Positions 37,026 through 41,673 of a stretch of DNA of 41,673 nucleotides are shown in pieces. Both the position numbers and the translations under genes were made by a program. The notes beneath the pieces were generated by a model. The model was not told the DNA's origin. It did no database searches and saw nothing but the letters and a program-made list of their open reading frames with translations. This stretch comes from an uncultured bacterium. GTDB lineage: Bacteria > Lernaellota > Lernaellaia > Lernaellales > Lernaellaceae. The DNA is taken from contig CAZHPN010000031.1 of NCBI GenBank assembly GCA_964534375.1, positions 1 to 41,673 on the forward strand, in the 5' to 3' direction. Positions within the stretch are counted from its first letter, which is position 1, and each line of letters begins with the position of its first letter.

Positions 37026-38573
37026 TTATTCCGCCGGCAACGGCGGCGGCTCGAACTGCGGTTTCTCGGGATTGGGAAACGCGATTTTGGGTTCGAGCGA
37101 GAAGATCCCGGCGGCGTTGACGACGAGCAGGTAATCTTCGGTGTTGTCGAGGGCGAGGGAACTGAGGCGGCGGCCAAGATTTATCCGCCGCAGTTCGCGC
37201 AGGCCGCCGCCGGCGTAGGCGATGAGGTCGCCGGTGAAATACCGGCCGGCGAAGAGCGTCTCGTGCTTGGCGCTCCAGACGAGTTCGCTGACGCCGCGGC
37301 CGACGGCGATCGTCGCCAGCGGCCGCAACGTCGCCGCGTCGAAGATTTGCACGTCGCCCGACAGCATATTTCCGGCGAACAGGCGGCCCCCGGCGCGATC
37401 GTACGCCAGCGAATGCCGGCCGCCCCAGCGGCGCAACGCGGCGGCCTGCGGCGGGGCCGCGCCGCTGCGCTGATGTGTAAGCTGGCCGACGGCGGTTGTC
37501 GCGAAAAAACCGCCTTCGCCGTCGGGCGCGACGTCGTCGAGCGGGACGTCCCAATGCGCCAGCGACCGCAAGGTTTCGGCGTCGTAAAGCCCGAGCCGGC
37601 CGGCGGCGTCGAGCGCGTACACGCCTTCGGCGGCGTAGCGCGTCACGCGCCCCGGGCGGCCGAAAAATTGCTGCCGGGCGACAAAGAGTTCGCGGTTGTC
37701 GAGGCGGTTGAGGTAGCCGTCGCCGGTGGGCACGAAGAGCCGTTTGTTCGCCAGATCGAGCGTTAGACTGGTCGGCGCGGGGCCGACCGGCAATTGTCGC
37801 ATCTCGCCCACGTCGAAGAGAAATAAGCCCTTGTCGGAGCCGACGAGCAGCCGGTCGAAGGCGTCGACTCGTGCGAACCGCAGGTCGAGGCCCAGGACGT
37901 TCTTGAATCGATGCGGGCGGCCCGTCCAGGTCAGGACGGGGTGAATGCCCGCCGTTTGCAGCCAGCGTTCGCCGGTGAAGTCCGCGCCGTGGGCGAAGAT
38001 GTCGTTCGCGCCCGCCGCGGCGGCGGTCACGACGGACAACGCGAAGAACCAGCGGCCGACCGACCGCAAGCGGCCGGCATACAACGAGGCCAGCACCATC
38101 GCGAGTCCGGCGGCCAGCAGAGCCACGACCGGCGCCAACGGGGCGAAACGCGCCTGCACGACGAGCAGCGCGGCCGCCGTCAACGCCGGCGCGACCCACA
38201 CGCCGAGCAACGGATCGAGGTCGAAGCGCAGCAGCGCGGCAGTCCAAAGCCCATATAGGAGGATCAGCCCGGCGAGCCACGGGTCGTAGGCGGCGACGCG
38301 CAGCCACACGGCCGCCGCCGCCGCGCCGACGATCGCCGCGTAGAGCGCCAGCAACAATCGCGCGGCGCGGGCGCCGAGCAGTGCACGCAGGCGGTCGCCC
38401 TGGGCGCAGGCGGTCGCCGCGGCCAGCGTCGCACCCAGCCAGGCGGGAACGCCGAGCCACGGCGCCAGAAAGGCGAGGAGCAGACCGTGCACCACGGCGC
38501 CGGCGAAAAAGTCGAGCGCGCGCCAGGCGGGGTGGAGCGAATCGGGAATGATGACGGTTCTGCGATCGGTCAA
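37026..38573 (-). CDS. Multi-TM membrane protein with C-terminal YncE/YVTN-like beta-propeller
   Basis: About 7 hydrophobic helices, then propeller blades (LAYDRAGGRLFAGN, TIAVGRGVSEL). Probable TTG start after GGAG. Confidence 0.7.
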   Translation of the reverse strand: MTDRRTVIIPDSLHPAWRALDFFAGAVVHGLLLAFLAPWLGVPAWLGATLAAATACAQGDRLRALLGARAARLLLALYAAIVGAAAAAVWLRVAAYDPWLAGLILLYGLWTAALLRFDLDPLLGVWVAPALTAAALLVVQARFAPLAPVVALLAAGLAMVLASLYAGRLRSVGRWFFALSVVTAAAAGANDIFAHGADFTGERWLQTAGIHPVLTWTGRPHRFKNVLGLDLRFARVDAFDRLLVGSDKGLFLFDVGEMRQLPVGPAPTSLTLDLANKRLFVPTGDGYLNRLDNRELFVARQQFFGRPGRVTRYAAEGVYALDAAGRLGLYDAETLRSLAHWDVPLDDVAPDGEGGFFATTAVGQLTHQRSGAAPPQAAALRRWGGRHSLAYDRAGGRLFAGNMLSGDVQIFDAATLRPLATIAVGRGVSELVWSAKHETLFAGRYFTGDLIAYAGGGLRELRRINLGRRLSSLALDNTEDYLLVVNAAGIFSLEPKIAFPNPEKPQFEPPPLPAE

Positions 38574-38644
38574 TTTCTTGGCTCCGAATTGATGATGGCG
38601 CCGCGCCAACTCGGCGCGGAGATCTGGAGGAGCTTTTGGAAATT

Positions 38645-38703
38645 ATGCGAGTCATGGGACCTATATGACCGATAGGACTTATAGGACCGATATGACGTAT
38701 AGA
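38645..38703. repeat. Nonamer tandem array (ATAGGACCN-type)
   Basis: ATGGGACCT ATATGACCG ATAGGACTT ATAGGACCG ATATGACGT. Confidence 0.85.
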
Positions 38704-38802
38704 AACGGCGGCTCTTTTCGGCGATCGGGGGCAGTTGTTCCGCCGCAAGGCGGCGCGGCTTCGCCTCTCGCTCAAGCCTTTTCGTTGTCGTTGTATCGAC
38801 GA

Positions 38803-40332
38803 TCATTTCCCGAAGCTCTCCGCGATCGCCGGCAGATCGAGTTCGAACGCGCCCGCGGCGCCGACGCCGAGCGCGCGGTCGCCGGCCATCGTCAAGCTGC
38901 GCACGCCGCGGCCGACCGGCAAACGCAACGGCGGGCCGGCCGCGTCCGGCCGGAAGACCAGCGCCTCGGAGGAGAGTTCGACGCCGGCCAGCAGCAGGTC
39001 GCGCGCGCGGTCGTAGGCGAGGCACGTCACGCCCCGCGGGGCCGGCAGGCGCGTCACGGCCTGCAGGTTGCGCGTCTCGAGGACGACGATCGCCGCCGAC
39101 AGCCAGTCGGCGACAAACAGCCGCTCGCGCTCGCGATCGTAGGCCAGGGCGCCGCCGAGGCAGGTCGGCATCGCATAAACGCCGCGCGGCGTCAACGTCG
39201 CCGGCTCGAGCGCCTCGACGCCGCGCAGCAGCGCCAGGCGATAGAGCGCCGGCGCGCCCGGCGCCGCGATCAGGTCGACGCCGACGCCCGAGCGGCGCTC
39301 GACCGCGGAATCGAGATTGGGCGCGCGCAGGACCGCGAGCAGATCGAAGCGGCCGGCCGCGTAGACGACCTGCGCCGCCTCGTCGACGAAGACGCGGCGG
39401 ATCGGTTCGTCGAGCCGCCGGCGCCGGTCCAAACCATCGGCCGGGCGAAAAACGACCCGGCCATCGCCCGCGGCGAAGATCAGCGCGCGGCGGCCCGTGC
39501 AGATCGTCGCGACGTTGCCGGCCAGCGGCGCGGGTTCGAGCGTCTCGGGCCGGGCGCTCAACCGGGTCAAGCCGGGGGGAGCGTCGGCGGCCAAGAGCGG
39601 CGCGCCATCGCAGTCGACGGTCACGGAAAGCAGGCGCGCGGAAGAGGGGAGGGGAATCGCCGGGACGTCGCCGAGGCCGATGTCCGGGACGTTGGTGATG
39701 GCGCCGCCCGTCAGGAAAAACCGGACGCGCGGGTCGGCCGGGGGCGTCGGCGCCGGCCCGCGGAAAAAGGCAAACGCCGACAGCAGCGCCGGCGCGAGCA
39801 GCACGAAGGCGACCCACTCGAAACGCCGCAACCGCCGCTCGCCGCCGACGACGAACAGCGCCGTGAGGTCGATGAAGGCCAAGGCGCCGATCGCGAACCG
39901 CAAGCCGTCGCGCGTGAGCCACGGCTGCCGCGCGACGGCAAAGCTGATGGCGAACGCCAGCGCCACCCAGGCCGCCGCCGGCCCCACCGGCCCCGCGAAA
40001 AAGAACCCCGCAAATGCCGCCGCCGCGACCGCCGCCGCCAGCGTCGCGCGATCGACCAAGCAGAGCACGCCCAGCGCTGCCGCGACGACGATGACCGTCC
40101 AGAGCCGATACGAACCGCGGCTCGCCGCCACCAGCCGGCGATGCCGCGTGCGCCACGCCGGGGGCGCCCACGGAACCACCGCCACGCCCAGCGCCAGGGC
40201 CACGGCGAGCGGCGGCCACGCGGTCGCCAGCGCCCAATACAGCAGCGCCAGCGGCGCGGAATAGACGAGGCACAGCGCGGGCGCACTCACGACGCCGTGA
40301 AGGATGTTGCTCGAGCGCGCTTGGGTTGCCAC
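38803..40332 (-). CDS. Multi-TM membrane protein with C-terminal beta-propeller (probable paralog)
   Basis: Hydrophobic N-terminal half, LAYDRERERLFVAD and RLPVGRGVRSL blades. GTG start. Confidence 0.7.
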   Translation of the reverse strand: MATQARSSNILHGVVSAPALCLVYSAPLALLYWALATAWPPLAVALALGVAVVPWAPPAWRTRHRRLVAASRGSYRLWTVIVVAAALGVLCLVDRATLAAAVAAAAFAGFFFAGPVGPAAAWVALAFAISFAVARQPWLTRDGLRFAIGALAFIDLTALFVVGGERRLRRFEWVAFVLLAPALLSAFAFFRGPAPTPPADPRVRFFLTGGAITNVPDIGLGDVPAIPLPSSARLLSVTVDCDGAPLLAADAPPGLTRLSARPETLEPAPLAGNVATICTGRRALIFAAGDGRVVFRPADGLDRRRRLDEPIRRVFVDEAAQVVYAAGRFDLLAVLRAPNLDSAVERRSGVGVDLIAAPGAPALYRLALLRGVEALEPATLTPRGVYAMPTCLGGALAYDRERERLFVADWLSAAIVVLETRNLQAVTRLPAPRGVTCLAYDRARDLLLAGVELSSEALVFRPDAAGPPLRLPVGRGVRSLTMAGDRALGVGAAGAFELDLPAIAESFGK

Positions 40333-40375
40333 GGCGCTATTTTATGCCGGAAGCGCGAAGAACGAAACCGCGGGT

Positions 40376-40442
40376 CAATGACCAGTGAAGAGTGAACAAC
40401 GAACAGTGAACAATGAACAGTTAACAGTGGACAATGAACAAT
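40376..40442. repeat. Heptamer tandem array (CAGTGAA/CAATGAA, 9 units)
   Basis: CAATGAC CAGTGAA GAGTGAA CAACGAA CAGTGAA CAATGAA CAGTTAA CAGTGGA CAATGAA. Confidence 0.9.
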
Positions 40443-40488
40443 CCAAGACGCCAGCCATGCGGCGCCGACCGGCGCGGCGCCCGGCCGT

Positions 40489-40594
40489 GTAGAAGGGGCG
40501 GGTCCCCGTGCCCGCCCTCGAGATGGCGCGCCCGCGGGCGCCATCCTTTCCCAATCCCGAATCCCGAATCCCGGGGCGGGCCCCGTGCCCGCCC
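40489..40594. repeat. Two REP-like palindromes flanking a hairpin and an ATCCCGA array
   Basis: GTAG-AA-GGGGCGGGTCCCCGTGCCCGCCC (40489-40517) and GGGGCGGGCCCCGTGCCCGCCC (40573-40594). Hairpin GATGGCGC...GCGCCATC and ATCCCGA repeats lie between them. Confidence 0.7.
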
Positions 40595-40761
40595 GCCGAG
40601 ATCGGCCTCCCCTGCGTGAGCACGCCGCGGCGGCCCGGCGAGCGGCGGACGGAAACTGCCGAGGGAAGGAACCCGACGCCTGCCCCTCGATTCCGGCGGA
40701 TTTTCGTTTCGCCGACGCGGGCGAGGGCCTTGCGGCGTTCAAAAAAAACAGGTGATCCGGG

Positions 40762-41673
40762 TTAATTCTTTTTCCGCAGTTCGAGTATCAACAATCCGTC
40801 GGCTGTCCGCAAAGTTTCGCCTTGCAGATCGAGCGCCTCGATTCGGGAAGAAAGCGTCGGATTCACACTCCGGTCGACAAGGCCCAGAAAAACGGACGGC
40901 AGCGTGCGCCCGGCGGCCTCGACCCCGCGGGCCGCGAGCAGCACGTTGCCGTTTGGATCGAGGCACAGCCCGGCATTCATGGCAAAGGCCGCCCATTTGC
41001 CGAGAAACCGAAATTGGCCGGCGAGGTCCACGCCGCTGTCGGCGAAGGCGACGGTCACATTTCTCAAGTCGGGGTTATTCCCCTTGATGAAAGCGGCCAG
41101 ACCTTCGGCGTCGACCTCGATCGCGCCGGCCGCGTTGTCGCAATCGGTCACCACGAGTTGCCCGGCGCCGAACAACTTGAGCAGATCGAGTCGCCCATTC
41201 CGGTATTCGATGTCGATGGCGCGCGTTCGCAGCCTGCGCAGTTTGGCGCCGGGCGCGCGAAGCGTCAGCCGCGAAAAATAACCATCGGCGAGCGCCCGCT
41301 GCGGATCGGGCGCGAGGCTGGCGTACGGCGCGCCGGCGGCTTCCAACGCAACCGCGAGAAACGCCTGCAACCGCTCGTCGACGGCCGCAACCGAGACGGG
41401 CGTCGCGACCGGGGAGCCGTCGACGTACGTTTCGACCGCCGCGCCGGACGGCGTCTCCACGAACCGCGCCGCCGGCGATATTTCGTAGAGCGCCAGCAAC
41501 CCGCGGGACGACCGCGTCAGCCAATCGAAGCGATAGCGCGGCGCGAGCGCCGCTTGCCATCGCGGCAGTTCGTCCAGTTCATGCCGACTCAGGGCGAGCA
41601 GGACGCGCCGGTCCTGGTAGCGGCGGACGAACGTTTCCAATTGCTCGATTTTCGCCGCTTTCGTCGGCACGAG
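40762..41673 (-). CDS. Partial protein (start beyond the window) with C-terminal LmeA/DUF2993-like domain
   Basis: Open to the window edge. EVDAEGLAAFI...LRNVTVAFADSGV...VNP pattern resembles LmeA-like lipid-binding domains. Confidence 0.55.
   Translation of the reverse strand, partial: LVPTKAAKIEQLETFVRRYQDRRVLLALSRHELDELPRWQAALAPRYRFDWLTRSSRGLLALYEISPAARFVETPSGAAVETYVDGSPVATPVSVAAVDERLQAFLAVALEAAGAPYASLAPDPQRALADGYFSRLTLRAPGAKLRRLRTRAIDIEYRNGRLDLLKLFGAGQLVVTDCDNAAGAIEVDAEGLAAFIKGNNPDLRNVTVAFADSGVDLAGQFRFLGKWAAFAMNAGLCLDPNGNVLLAARGVEAAGRTLPSVFLGLVDRSVNPTLSSRIEALDLQGETLRTADGLLILELRKKN

Overview
A GC-rich bacterial chromosomal window. The Asp-rich lipoproteins and multiheme genes suggest a deltaproteobacterial-grade or Lernaellota-like anaerobe, but this is inference. 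In order it contains: the tail of a pentose-phosphate operon (tkt end, rpiB, tal, gnd, zwf, pgl); two divergent Asp/Cys-rich lipoproteins; lemA and an M48 protease; a hybrid sensor kinase; arfB-like, EamA, rlmN and BaiN-like genes; nagZ; alr-mlaE-lipid kinase-class III aminotransferase converging on lysine 5,6-aminomutase kamDE (probable Kat-type lysine fermentation); a porin plus 13-heme and 8-heme cytochrome operon resembling Geobacter ExtABCD; a degenerate phosphodiester glycosidase; a CinA-N / eIF2B-like / PHP group; duplicated small membrane ORFs; an FGE-domain lipoprotein; DUF1801; and two membrane-anchored beta-propeller proteins plus a partial LmeA-like gene. The most striking unexplained feature is at least eight intergenic loci holding arrays of degenerate 7- to 10-nt tandem repeats. 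Several have inverted arms, and one pair encloses a frameshifted HsdR-like scrap. No tRNA, rRNA, CRISPR array or intact transposase was seen. All family calls come from motif recognition, not database searches.
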